A stretch of DNA of 64,000 nt from NCBI GenBank assembly GCA_044229975.1, contig JBGARZ010000009.1:219947-283946 (forward strand). The letters are read 5' to 3'. This stretch comes from Polyangiales bacterium. Lineage in GTDB: Bacteria; Myxococcota_A; Polyangia; Polyangiales; Ga0077539. Below the pieces are notes generated by a model, which worked only from the letters and a program-made list of their open reading frames with translations, had not been told where the DNA came from and did not search any database. Below, piece by piece: positions 54,472 to 63,673 of the stretch. Both the position numbers and the translations under genes were made by a program. Position 1 is the stretch's first letter. Every line of letters begins with the position of its first letter.

Positions 54472-55257
54472 GTGCGGCGGAAAGCCACCTTGCGTGACCC
54501 GCTGTATCGCTCGCCCGAGTACCTGGACCTTATCGGCCGGGTCGCGACCAACGTCCGAAACCTGCGGCAAGGCCACGGGTGGACGCAGGAGGAAGCCGCG
54601 ACCCGCTGCGGCCAGTTGTCGGTCTACGTACTGCGGCAGATCGAGAGCGCGCAGACCAACGTCACGGCCGTGACCCTGGCCCGTCTCAGCGCCGGCTTCG
54701 GAGTCGATGTCGCGACCTTCCTGGTTCCGGCTCCCACTCCCACTCGACGCACACCCGGACGACCAGCGCTGATTCCCCAGGTCGTTGCCCCGGGTCCGCT
54801 CCCACGACGACAAAACGGAAGCGCTGAAGAGAGAACGACCGGAGACACCTCAACGGCCCAGAGCGACCCGACCGCTCGCATTGGGAGCGTCGAGACTCAG
54901 CCAGCCTCCTCGACTGTCCCCGTCCATGTGGGCACTTCCACTCGGCTCGTCGCCACGGACGTCGTCGTACCGACCTATCCCTCAGCGCAGACCCAGACCT
55001 TCACCCTGCCCGAGCTCCGCGACTTCATCGCGACGGTTCTGGCGGCGAACCCCGCGGGACTCACGGCGAGCGAACTCCTCCATGTCGCCCGCTCCGCTGG
55101 TCAGGAACGCCTGGTCGCCAACAGCCTCCACTACGCCCTCCACCACCTCGTGCGCAGCGGCTACGTCCAGCGGACGGGCGCTCGCGGCAGCTACCTGCAC
55201 CGGTGGTTGGGCGGGAAGACTTCTGCCGTCTCGGATCGTCAACCGTTGCAGGACTGA
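54472..55257 (+). CDS. XRE-family HTH transcriptional regulator with a C-terminal winged-helix-like domain
   Basis: HTH_3: LRQGHGWTQEEAATRCGQLSVYVLRQIESAQTNVTAVTLARLSAGFGV. Confidence 0.6.
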   Translation: MRRKATLRDPLYRSPEYLDLIGRVATNVRNLRQGHGWTQEEAATRCGQLSVYVLRQIESAQTNVTAVTLARLSAGFGVDVATFLVPAPTPTRRTPGRPALIPQVVAPGPLPRRQNGSAEERTTGDTSTAQSDPTARIGSVETQPASSTVPVHVGTSTRLVATDVVVPTYPSAQTQTFTLPELRDFIATVLAANPAGLTASELLHVARSAGQERLVANSLHYALHHLVRSGYVQRTGARGSYLHRWLGGKTSAVSDRQPLQD

Positions 55258-55347
55258 CCCGGCCGCCACCACGACAACCGGACACCTCGTCATCACCAGC
55301 AGGGTAGGCGAAGGGGCGGGATGGGTCCGGCCACCTTCGTGCACTCG

Positions 55348-55392
55348 AAGAGTCACTTGCTTTGACTGTCACTTCTGTCACGATTGTCATGT
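55348..55392. promoter_or_regulatory. Operator-like cluster of TGTCAC repeats upstream of the 55384 gene
   Basis: gagtcacttgc tttgactgtcacttctgtcacgattgtcatg: four GTCAC half-sites in 45 bp. Confidence 0.3.
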
Positions 55393-57051
55393 TCACCGAC
55401 GATGCCCTCACGCAAACCATCACCTCCAAAACCTCCGGTATCCAAGAGATCTCCGGGCGTCTCTCCAGGTCATCGGCCTCGGCGGCGACCTCTGCGAGCC
55501 CCACCGGTCGGCCCGTCGAACACCGACGCGCCAACAACGGTCCGCGAGATCGTCGTCGGCTTCGACGAGGAGGCCGTAGCCAACGCCGGCATCGCGGCAC
55601 TCGCAGCGTGCCCCGAGCTGTTCACCCACGCCGGACAGCTCGTCACGCTGGTGCCCCGCTCAATTCCTGGCGCCGCGCTCGACCGCTCTCCGCAGACCCT
55701 GCGTATCGAGCGCCTGCCCACGCCTCGCCTGCGCGAACTCTTGAGTCGCTCAGCGCGTTGGCTGGTCCCCCGGACCGACGACCCCCAGGACCACATCGTC
55801 AGTCACGTTCCGCAGTGGGTCGTGGCCGGCATCGCCGCGCGCCGTGAATGGCCCGGTCTGCGCCCGCTCGCGGGCCTCATCCACACGCCCGTGCTGCGAT
55901 CCGACGGGACGGTTCTGGAGACCCCCGGCTACGATCCGGCGACAGGGCTCTATCTCACCCCCAACGCCGAGTACCCGCGGATCGCTGCCCGGCCGACTCT
56001 CTCCGACGCACGTGCTGCCGCTGATCTCCTCGTCGAGACCGTGACTCACGTCCCCTTTGCGACGGCGGCCGATCGGGCCGCGTGGCTCACGATCGTGCTC
56101 ACGATCTTCGCGCGCTTCGCCGTCGGCGCCGCCTCTCCGCTCTACGTGGTCGAGGACTCGCGCCCCGCGAGTTGGACCAACGAGCTGGTGGACCATACCG
56201 CCTCCATCGTCGGCCTCGGCCCCGTCGCTGCGGTTGAAGCCGACGATTTCATTCCGGCGCCCCGTCGATGGATCGACCTCCTGCTGGCGCAGGGTGAGTC
56301 CCTCGTCGTCTTGCGCAACCCCTCCGTCCAAACGCCGACCGGCTGGCGACGGATTCGCGAGGTACTTGAGCGCTCTCACGCCACCAGTGGATTGACCTGG
56401 TGCACGACGCTTGTTCGGGCGCAGCGCGACCTCGACCTGCTCCGTACGGGGCTGTCCATCCGCTGCGAAAGCAGCGACGGACTCGCACGCATCGGACCGC
56501 AAGAAACACCTCACCGAGGGCTCCGCCAAGGGCCGACGCCGCGGCTCGCGGTCGCGGCGCTAACGATGCTCCGCGCCTATCAGGCCGCCGGAGTCCCTGA
56601 CCAGCATCTCGTACCGTGGTCGGGCTTCGAGCGCTGGTCGCACTTCATTCGCTCGGCAGTGGTCTGGTGCGGCTACCCCGACCCGGTTCTGACGAACGTC
56701 CCCTCGTCGGAGCCGACGACGTCGGCGCTCGCGACGGACGCCGCTGCCGCTGATCTCGTCCTGGGTTGGGCGGACCTGATGGTCGACCACCCTGGGGGGT
56801 GCAGCGCCAGGCAAGCGCTCGATGCGTTGAGTCTCGAACCGACGAAGTACCCGCGTCTCCAAGCAGCGTTGAAAGTCTTCGCCCCGGGCCCCCTAAACGA
56901 TCGCAGTACGGCCGACCGCCTGGGCCGCTGCTTGACCCGGCTCCGCGACGTCGAACACGAGGGATACGCCCTCGTCTTCGTGACCAGCGGAAACCAGGGC
57001 AACCGATGGACGGTGCGACCGACGACGACGGCCCGGGGGCGCGAAAGGTGA
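55384..57051 (+). CDS. Hypothetical protein of the integrative element (555 aa); start uncertain
   Basis: Long GC3-biased ORF with no P-loop. N-terminal ~45 aa are Pro/Arg-rich and may be non-coding. Confidence 0.45.
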   Translation: MSCSPTMPSRKPSPPKPPVSKRSPGVSPGHRPRRRPLRAPPVGPSNTDAPTTVREIVVGFDEEAVANAGIAALAACPELFTHAGQLVTLVPRSIPGAALDRSPQTLRIERLPTPRLRELLSRSARWLVPRTDDPQDHIVSHVPQWVVAGIAARREWPGLRPLAGLIHTPVLRSDGTVLETPGYDPATGLYLTPNAEYPRIAARPTLSDARAAADLLVETVTHVPFATAADRAAWLTIVLTIFARFAVGAASPLYVVEDSRPASWTNELVDHTASIVGLGPVAAVEADDFIPAPRRWIDLLLAQGESLVVLRNPSVQTPTGWRRIREVLERSHATSGLTWCTTLVRAQRDLDLLRTGLSIRCESSDGLARIGPQETPHRGLRQGPTPRLAVAALTMLRAYQAAGVPDQHLVPWSGFERWSHFIRSAVVWCGYPDPVLTNVPSSEPTTSALATDAAAADLVLGWADLMVDHPGGCSARQALDALSLEPTKYPRLQAALKVFAPGPLNDRSTADRLGRCLTRLRDVEHEGYALVFVTSGNQGNRWTVRPTTTARGRER

Positions 57052-57054
57052 ACC

Positions 57055-57165
57055 CCAGATGGAAGTGGAAGTGCTTGAATTGAAGCGCTTCCACGAAGCT
57101 TCCACGACGTGAAACCACTTTCACAGAGCTTCCACGAGTTTCCTGTGGAAGTGACGATCCTCCGC
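57055..57165. repeat. Iteron-like cluster A: GTGGAAG / CTTCCACGA(G) motifs in both orientations
   Basis: ggaagtggaagtg, gcttccacgaagcttccacgacg, ctttcacag, gcttccacgag, tgtggaagtgacg. Confidence 0.55.
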
Positions 57166-57244
57166 CCATGAACCGGTCGTGGACCCACGCGAACGACGCC
57201 GGAGGCTCTCCGCCCCTCGCGTCCGCACTCATCCTACCGGGTCC

Positions 57245-58801
57245 CTACAGCCGAACGACCTTCACCGCGCGCCCGCCCGCCGTGGTGACCGCCTCGACGG
57301 CCTGTCGCTCGGGCAGCGCGGGGACGTTCTTCCGCTGATCGAAGAGCACCAACCACCCCTCCGCCACGCCCAGTCGCGCGAGGTATCCGTCGAGCTGCGT
57401 GAGTCCATCGACCGTCGGGTCCTTCGCCTTGTCGGCGTCGCGCCAGGTCTTGACCTCAATGCCCAGCCGCTCGCCGCGATACGCCACGCAGAGGTCGAGC
57501 CGCTTGGAGCCGATGGCGTACTCGCGCTCAATCCTCCCGCCGCCGTTCACCACCCGGTGCAGGAAGGCCATCATCACCAGCTGCGGTGCCGCCTCGTTGT
57601 ACGGCGAGCTCGCGAGCAACGCCTCGCCGTGCTGCACCCAGAACGCGATGAAGGCCTCCAGCAGCCGGTCGAAGTCCATGCGCCCGTCCGCCGCGAGCCA
57701 CGTCGGCGTCATCACTGGCAGCGACGCGCGCATCGTCACCGTGAGCTGCCGCGCGATGATCTCCCGGTAGATCGGGTTCGCCACCTCGACACCGCCGTCG
57801 GCGCGCTCGCGCACCAGCCCGAGGTCGAGCACGAAGCGAAGGTCGTCGGGCGCGAGCGCCGCCAGCGATTCCCCCTGGATCATCGGCTCGATCACCGCGC
57901 GCACCCGCGGGTCGCGCAGCCGCTCGGCCAGCGAGTCCAGGTGCGTGTCCTGCCGATCGACGAGGACATCGCGGGCGCGGTCGATGTCGGCGACGGTGAT
58001 CGACGTCGCGCGGTCGGGCTTCAGCTCCGTCGTCACGACGTACGCGAGCGCGTTGACCAGCCATGGCTGCCCCTGGGTGTGGGCGAAGGCCTGCCGAAGC
58101 GCGTCGTCCTCGAACCGCTGCCCCGTGTCGGCGGTGTGCTGCCCGTAGAGCTCGCCGACCTCGTCGGCCGTGAACTCGCGCATCGTCAGCGAGCGCACCT
58201 TGATGTTGAACGGCGACGCCGTGTGCAGGTGCTCGCTACCGCCCGAGGCGACCTTGTAGTCGCGCACGTCCCGCAGCCCCACGAGTCCCAGCGCCCACGG
58301 GAAGCCCGCTGGCCTCGAGCGGTGCCCCGCGCGGAGCTGTCGCAGCACCGACAGCAGCACGTTGTCCCGCAGCGCGTCGATCTCGTCGAGGAAGAGCACC
58401 AGCGGCCGCACGCTCGCCTCCGACCACGCCTCGAGCGCCGAGCCGATGCGCGAACCCGCCTGCGTGTCGGGCCACGGCGGCGGCTGCAGGTCGGCCGGGA
58501 GCTGGTGTCGCGCCGACCGACGCCACTCGGCGAGGATCGCGTGCTCGGCGGCGCCCACGTCGTCAGGGAAGGCGGCCCCGGTCTCCATCGACACGAGCAA
58601 CGCTGCGTACCGGCCCTCGGCCGTCAGCGCTGCGCCAAGCGAGAGCAGCGCGGTGGTCTTGCCCACCTGCCGCGGCGCATGCAGGACGAAGTAGCCTTGC
58701 TGGTCGATCAACTCCCTGACCCCGGGAAGCCGTCGATCCGGCGGCAGCATGAAGTGCAGGTCCGGCTTGCACGGCCCGGCGGTGTTGAAGTGGCGGCTCA
58801 T
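57245..58801 (-). CDS. AAA ATPase (Orc1/AAA_14-like) with a C-terminal PD-(D/E)XK-like domain
   Basis: MSRHFNTAGPCKPDLHFMLPP...FVLHAPRQVGKTTAL...LVLFLDEID. C-terminal IGSKRLDLCV...GIEVKTW. Start chosen at 58801. Confidence 0.65.
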   Translation of the reverse strand: MSRHFNTAGPCKPDLHFMLPPDRRLPGVRELIDQQGYFVLHAPRQVGKTTALLSLGAALTAEGRYAALLVSMETGAAFPDDVGAAEHAILAEWRRSARHQLPADLQPPPWPDTQAGSRIGSALEAWSEASVRPLVLFLDEIDALRDNVLLSVLRQLRAGHRSRPAGFPWALGLVGLRDVRDYKVASGGSEHLHTASPFNIKVRSLTMREFTADEVGELYGQHTADTGQRFEDDALRQAFAHTQGQPWLVNALAYVVTTELKPDRATSITVADIDRARDVLVDRQDTHLDSLAERLRDPRVRAVIEPMIQGESLAALAPDDLRFVLDLGLVRERADGGVEVANPIYREIIARQLTVTMRASLPVMTPTWLAADGRMDFDRLLEAFIAFWVQHGEALLASSPYNEAAPQLVMMAFLHRVVNGGGRIEREYAIGSKRLDLCVAYRGERLGIEVKTWRDADKAKDPTVDGLTQLDGYLARLGVAEGWLVLFDQRKNVPALPERQAVEAVTTAGGRAVKVVRL

Positions 58802-58974
58802 CGGCGGCGCAGCATAGCCGACGAGCCCGGGGGCTCGCGCTGGTTCGGCGGTCGATGGCGACGGCAGGTCACGATCGTCGCGACCACCCCGCGAGAGGAT
58901 CGCCTCGGACATGGGCAGCTCGTGGAAGTACCCGCGGGACGACACCATCCGTAAGCTATTGAAACCAGGCAGCT

Positions 58975-59280
58975 TACACTTCTCGTGAAAGTCATCTGTA
59001 CGTACCCGCACTCAGCTTTCACGTCGCGCATGTGAAAGTGGGTGGCCGACTTTCACGAGCGGGTGACCTCGAAGGCGCGGTGGCCCTCGACGGCCAACGC
59101 GGGCTGGTGGTCGAGGACGTGGCCGCGGTCCCGGGAGCGAGATAGCGAACGCGAGCAAACGGCTTGCGGGCAGAGCGATCGCGCACTTGTGCGACGGCCC
59201 GCGTGGCTCCGATCGGGCGAACGTAAGCCCTCGTGAAAGCCCTCGTGAAAGCCCTCGTGAAAGTCGTGGAAGTCGTCCTT
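58975..59280. repeat. Iteron-like cluster B: CTCGTGAAAG / CTTTCACG motifs, including 3 perfect tandem 12-mers (gccctcgtgaaa x3) followed by gtcgtggaagtcgtcc
   Basis: tctcgtgaaagtc, gctttcacgtcg, tgtgaaagtgg, gactttcacgagc. Tandem array at about 59226-59275. Confidence 0.6.
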
Positions 59281-59409
59281 CAAGCGCCACCTCTTCGAGG
59301 GCCCTGCAGCGGACGACACCGGCGCGGCCGGCCGCCCTGATCCCCGCTATCGGCGGCACCGTGCCCATCAAGTTGGCACCCTGGGATTCGTCGGTCAGGA
59401 AGAGGGACC

Positions 59410-60384
59410 ATGCCGAAACCCTCGCGTGACTCTCAACCTCCGACGACCTCAACCTCGGAACCCAGACGGCGCCTCCGCTTGAACGCGAAGTTGTCGTCGA
59501 TGGGTGCCGCCCCAGCGCTGGGTGTGCCTGCGCCTGTCGATGAGGCCTTCTCCGAGACGCTGCAGCTCACCGCGGAGTCGCGCCTCGTGATGAGTACGAC
59601 CGGCAACCTGTCGTCCTGGTGGACGCGGATTGAAAAGCTCCGACCGGACGGCAGCTGGCAGGTGGATCCATCTCCTGGTCTGCGGCTCGAGGACGTTCAT
59701 GTGGATCAGTACCGCGATCTGCTGGAGGCGCGCTTGCTGAGGGCCGGCGCCCTTCCACCCCCGGTCCCGTTGATCGCCCTCGCAGAACGTCACGAGTGGG
59801 ATGCTCGCACTGGTGACCCGGACGCTCTCGTCATCGCGAGGGTGCTGCAGGCGCTGGCCTACGCCCTGCGAGACGATCCGGAGGTGGTCACTGAGTTACT
59901 CAACTTCGCGCACGCCTACATGCTCCAGCGGCGCCCAGGCCACGTTCCACTGGGGTCGGGAGACCCGCGGATCAAGCGTTCGGGGCGACGACCCGTCGCG
60001 GCGCTCCGCCTCCTCAAGTGCGCCCGCAACGCGATGCGTGATCTGCCTCCACTTCGGCGAGAAGGTCCAACCGAGGAGGAGAACGATGAGTACCTCGACG
60101 AAGCCGAGCACCTCGCCTGGGAGGTCGAACATCTGTACCCGGCCGTCTACCCGAAGAAGTTCTCCGAGCAGCAGTCGGCCATCACGGCGCTCAGCGAGGA
60201 GCTGATGGCCATGCGGAAACGTGAGCCGGATCGCATCGCCAAGGCAGCGCTGCGAGCGTGCGGGATGTCCTCGAGGCAGGCGTCCGACACGTTCGCCTTC
60301 CTCGACAAGAAGTCGAAGCGCAAGGCGGAGACAGAGCCCGGAGCATCGGCTGGTCGCGTTTCGCCCTCGGAGAATTCTCGGTGA
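59410..60384 (+). CDS. Hypothetical protein of the integrative element (324 aa)
   Basis: GC3-biased ORF divergent from the ATPase gene. No recognisable domain. Confidence 0.45.
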   Translation: MPKPSRDSQPPTTSTSEPRRRLRLNAKLSSMGAAPALGVPAPVDEAFSETLQLTAESRLVMSTTGNLSSWWTRIEKLRPDGSWQVDPSPGLRLEDVHVDQYRDLLEARLLRAGALPPPVPLIALAERHEWDARTGDPDALVIARVLQALAYALRDDPEVVTELLNFAHAYMLQRRPGHVPLGSGDPRIKRSGRRPVAALRLLKCARNAMRDLPPLRREGPTEEENDEYLDEAEHLAWEVEHLYPAVYPKKFSEQQSAITALSEELMAMRKREPDRIAKAALRACGMSSRQASDTFAFLDKKSKRKAETEPGASAGRVSPSENSR

Positions 60385-60434
60385 GAGTCCGATGACCGTG
60401 GTGGAGGCGTAACGCGTCTGCTCCGCTGCGGGTC

Positions 60435-60890
60435 GTGAGATCTCGGTCAGCGATCACTGCACGACCCACCGGCCCCGTCGCCGAGTCGTCCCTCCACGCA
60501 TCCCAAGGACACACTGTTGGCGATGCCGCCCGTGAGGCCGTCGAACTCCCGCGCCACCTCACGGCGCGCGAGATCTTCGTGCAGTTGCCTGGCCGAAGTC
60601 TCCGCTGGATCTACGATCACATGCACAAGGCCGGGGGCGCACGCGGACTGGTCCGCGCTGACCTCTGGGCCCGACACCTGGAGCAACTCACCTCATGGCA
60701 ACCCTCCGACGCAAAGGCCGCTACTGGTACCTCCGCGACCGCTCCGGCGGCACCGACACCGAGGTCGGGACCGGCTGTACCGACCGCAAAGCCGCCGAAG
60801 CGTGGCAACGCCAGTGGGAGCGTGACCGCGCCGATCCCGAAGGTGCCGCCCGTCGCACGGCGGCGGCGACCACGCTCCAACGCGCCGTAG
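60435..60890 (+). CDS. Excisionase/AlpA-like small HTH protein (Xis candidate); 3' end uncertain
   Basis: LTAREIFVQLPGRSLRWIYDHMHKAGGARGL resembles AlpA/Xis HTH_17. Lies directly upstream of the integrase; the tail overlaps the integrase frame. Confidence 0.35.
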   Translation: MRSRSAITARPTGPVAESSLHASQGHTVGDAAREAVELPRHLTAREIFVQLPGRSLRWIYDHMHKAGGARGLVRADLWARHLEQLTSWQPSDAKAATGTSATAPAAPTPRSGPAVPTAKPPKRGNASGSVTAPIPKVPPVARRRRPRSNAP

Positions 60891-61894
60891 ACCTCGAGCA
60901 CGACCGGCACCTCGCCGAGGAGAGCGCGGGGAAGCTCGCGAGCAACACGGTCGCCTTCTACAAGAGCAAGCTTGGCGTGGTGCTCGACGTGATCGGCGGC
61001 GAGACCCCGATCGTCGAGGTGAGCTCCGCGACCGTGGACCAGTACATCCAAACCCGCCGCGACGACGGCGCCTCGGACCACACCATCGCCAAGGAGCTAC
61101 ACGCGCTGAAGGGTGTCCTCGCGACAGCCCGACGCGCGAAGCTCTGGTACGGCCGCGTCGATGAGGTGATGCCCGAGCGCTTCTCGCCCAACTATCGACC
61201 GCGGACGCGCTTCCTGACGGTCGCTGAGGTCCTCAAGGTGATCGGCGAGCTCACGCACGACCGGGCCGCGTGGGTTGCTCTCGCCGTCGGGGCAGGTGCC
61301 GAGCTCTCGGCGCTGCAACGCGCCGAGCGCGGCGACCTCGACCTCAAGCGCGGCCTCGTTCGCGTGCGCGGCACCAAGAACGAGCGGCGCGACCGTGAGG
61401 TGCCCATCGTCCTGCCCGAGTGCGAGCAGCTCGTCGAGCTTGCGTTCAAGTGGGGACAGGGAACCGACGGCAAGCTCCTGCGCCCTTGGGGCAAGAACTG
61501 GCGCGACCTCGACGACGTCGCGACCGACCTCGGCATCGAGCCCTTCTCGCTGCACTCGCTGCGGCACACCTTCGCTACGTGGCACCTCGCCGCGGGCATC
61601 CCCTGGGACGAAGTCGCCCGCGCGATGGGGCACGCGGACACGACGATGCTCCACCGAATCTACGGGCACATCAGCGGGGACGAGCTGCGCAACCGCCTGC
61701 TCCGCGCGCTCAACGAGAGCAAACCGACTTCCCCGGATGTTCCCCGCGACGGGGCGCAAGAGGCGCATTCGGCGCGCCCGGCGCGCGACCCCAGAAATGA
61801 CGAAAGCCCTTCTCTCGAAGGGCTTTCTGGGTACCGGCGGTCGGACTTGAACCAACGACCTGAGGATTATGATTCCCCTGCTCTAACCAGCTGA
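60695..61894 (+). CDS. int: Tyrosine recombinase / phage-type integrase whose ORF reads into the adjacent tRNA gene
   Basis: Catalytic residues in context: R (VRVRGTKNERRDREV), HSLRHTFATW, GHADTTMLHRIYGH (R..H..R..Y). The ORF's last ~20 codons overlap tRNA-CAT. Confidence 0.8.
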   Translation: MATLRRKGRYWYLRDRSGGTDTEVGTGCTDRKAAEAWQRQWERDRADPEGAARRTAAATTLQRAVDLEHDRHLAEESAGKLASNTVAFYKSKLGVVLDVIGGETPIVEVSSATVDQYIQTRRDDGASDHTIAKELHALKGVLATARRAKLWYGRVDEVMPERFSPNYRPRTRFLTVAEVLKVIGELTHDRAAWVALAVGAGAELSALQRAERGDLDLKRGLVRVRGTKNERRDREVPIVLPECEQLVELAFKWGQGTDGKLLRPWGKNWRDLDDVATDLGIEPFSLHSLRHTFATWHLAAGIPWDEVARAMGHADTTMLHRIYGHISGDELRNRLLRALNESKPTSPDVPRDGAQEAHSARPARDPRNDESPSLEGLSGYRRSDLNQRPEDYDSPALTS

Positions 61895-61905
61895 GCTACA
61901 CCGGC
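61832..61905 (-). tRNA. tRNA-Met(CAT): tRNA with anticodon CAT (elongator Met or Ile2/lysidine type)
   Basis: Minus strand: GCCGGTG-TA-GCTC-AGCTGGTTA-GAGC-A-GGGGA-ATCATAA-TCCTC-AGGTC-GTTGG-TTCAAGT-CCGAC-CGCCGGT-A, then CC. Clean cloverleaf, U33, A37. T-arm resembles tRNA-Ile2. Confidence 0.8.
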
Positions 61906-62036
61906 GTGGGGCGCGGACTCTACTGATCGGCGCTTCGCTGTCAACCCTTTCCTCCCGCCGTCCTCCGCTTCCGTCGGTCCGCTTCGCACCTTCCGGCGCC
62001 GCGGGCGATGGGGATATAACCGCGCCCAACCCACCG

Positions 62037-62696
62037 ATGAGCGACATCTCCCCCAACGAACGCGATCGCCTGCTCGAACACTTCGGCCGGCGCTACGCCA
62101 ACGGCGAGGTGATCTTCCGCGAGGGCGACGCCGCGCGCGAGGTGTTCATGCTACAGGAGGGCCGCGTGCGCGTCGCCAAGCGCGTGCGCAACGTCGAGCG
62201 CTCGATGCACATCCTCAAGCCCGGCGACCTCTTCGGCGAGGTGGCCCTCGTGCCCGGATCGCTCCGCAACGGCAGCGCCTTCGCCCTCTCCGACGTCGTC
62301 GTCCTCGCCCTCGACCCCGACACCTTCACGCAGCTCCTCTCCGGCTCGCCCGCCGTCGCCACGCGCCTCGTGCAGCAGCTCGTTCGGCGCCTGCGCGACT
62401 CCGAAGACCAGCTCGAAAACGTCCTCCTCCGCGACCCCACCTCCAAGGTCGTCAACACGCTCCTCAAGCTCGCCGCCGAGACCGGCCGCACCTCCGGCGG
62501 CGCGCAGATCGCCGTCTCGCCCCTCGAGCTCTCCGCCCGCGCGTCCCTCGACGTCGACGCCGTGAAGCGCGCCGTGCTCCAGCTCCGCGAGCTGCAGTAC
62601 ATCCGCATCGCCGAGGAGAAGGTCGCCATCGACGACATCGACGCCCTCCGCCGCCTCTACACGCTCCTTGGCATGCAGGAGCAGGTGCGCGGCTGA
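62037..62696 (+). CDS. Crp/Fnr-family transcriptional regulator (cNMP-binding domain plus C-terminal HTH)
   Basis: GEVIFREGD...FMLQEGRVRV...GDLFGEVAL and a C-terminal HTH (TSGGAQIAVSPLELSARASL). Confidence 0.65.
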   Translation: MSDISPNERDRLLEHFGRRYANGEVIFREGDAAREVFMLQEGRVRVAKRVRNVERSMHILKPGDLFGEVALVPGSLRNGSAFALSDVVVLALDPDTFTQLLSGSPAVATRLVQQLVRRLRDSEDQLENVLLRDPTSKVVNTLLKLAAETGRTSGGAQIAVSPLELSARASLDVDAVKRAVLQLRELQYIRIAEEKVAIDDIDALRRLYTLLGMQEQVRG

Positions 62697-62790
62697 CCCA
62701 CCGCGGCCCAGGGCAGTCAAGTTCCTGGTTGACCGACCGCGGACCCTTCGGTTAGATGCGGCGCTCTACGGCTCGCGGAAACGTGACGAG

Positions 62791-63615
62791 ATGCCCCTCC
62801 CCGACATCAGTCGCCCCCGCGGCTTCGCTTGCTTGATCGTCGGTTGGCTTGCGGTCGCAGGGTGGTCCTGCACCGGCGTCAGTGAAGAAGCACGACTGCA
62901 ATCACAGGCGGACTTGAACCTGGGACGAGCCATGTTTGCGGAGGAGCACAACGCCGAAGGGGCCCTCGTCCCCTTGGAGCGCGCCATCCGCCTCGACCCC
63001 GAAAACGCCGACGCCAACGCCACCCTCGGCCTGGTGCTGGGGCAGCTCGGGTTCTTCGACCGCGCCGAGGCCCCGCTCCGCCGCGCGGTCGAGCTCTTCG
63101 CCGTGCAGTCCGTCAACAACGAGAGCCTGCGCGCCTCGCTCGCCGACGCCCGCAACTCCCTCGGCGTCGTGCTGATGAACCTCAACCGCTACGACGACGC
63201 GCTCCCGCTGCTTCGCCTGGCCACCGAGGAGATCACCTACGGCAGCCAGCACCTCGCCCTCGGCAACCTCGGCCGCGTGTACATCCAACTGCGCCGCTAT
63301 CCCGAGGCCATCGAGGTGCTCCAGCGCGCCATCCGCCGCCAGCCCAACTTCTGCGTCGGCAACGCCCGCCTCGGCGAAGCCTTCGCCCGCTCGGGTGACC
63401 CCACCCACGCCGTCGAAGCCCTCGACCGCGCCATCGGCACCCAGGTCGCAGGGTGCGATCAGTTTCAAGAAGCCTTCCTCTGGCGCGCCCGCGCGCGCAT
63501 CGAGCTTCATCAGCCAGACCAGGCGCGGGAAGACATCCAGCGCTGCATCGCCCTCGGCGCGCGAACCCCCGAAGGCCAGGAGTGCACGACGCTCGGGAGG
63601 TCCGTCGCCCCATGA
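62791..63615 (+). CDS. TPR-repeat (lipo)protein
   Basis: N-terminal hydrophobic signal MPLPDISRPRGFACLIVGWLAVAGWSC, then TPR motifs (ALGNLGRVYIQLRRYPEAIEVLQRAI and similar). Confidence 0.5.
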   Translation: MPLPDISRPRGFACLIVGWLAVAGWSCTGVSEEARLQSQADLNLGRAMFAEEHNAEGALVPLERAIRLDPENADANATLGLVLGQLGFFDRAEAPLRRAVELFAVQSVNNESLRASLADARNSLGVVLMNLNRYDDALPLLRLATEEITYGSQHLALGNLGRVYIQLRRYPEAIEVLQRAIRRQPNFCVGNARLGEAFARSGDPTHAVEALDRAIGTQVAGCDQFQEAFLWRARARIELHQPDQAREDIQRCIALGARTPEGQECTTLGRSVAP

Positions 63616-63673
63616 GCGCGCGTCACCACAACCATCCAACAGCCCAGCGGGCTGCTGCCCGCTCCGAGGTGTA

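Noticed and set aside
59053-59319. 88-aa ORF translating the tandem repeat (HEGFHEGFHEGL)
   Set aside because: It is the translation of the 12-bp iteron array, not a gene.
61832-61905. Possibility that the tRNA-CAT is an initiator tRNA-fMet
   Set aside because: 1:72 is a G-U wobble rather than the C-A mismatch, and the anticodon stem lacks the three consecutive G-C pairs at 29-31/39-41. The T-arm resembles tRNA-Ile2 or elongator Met instead.
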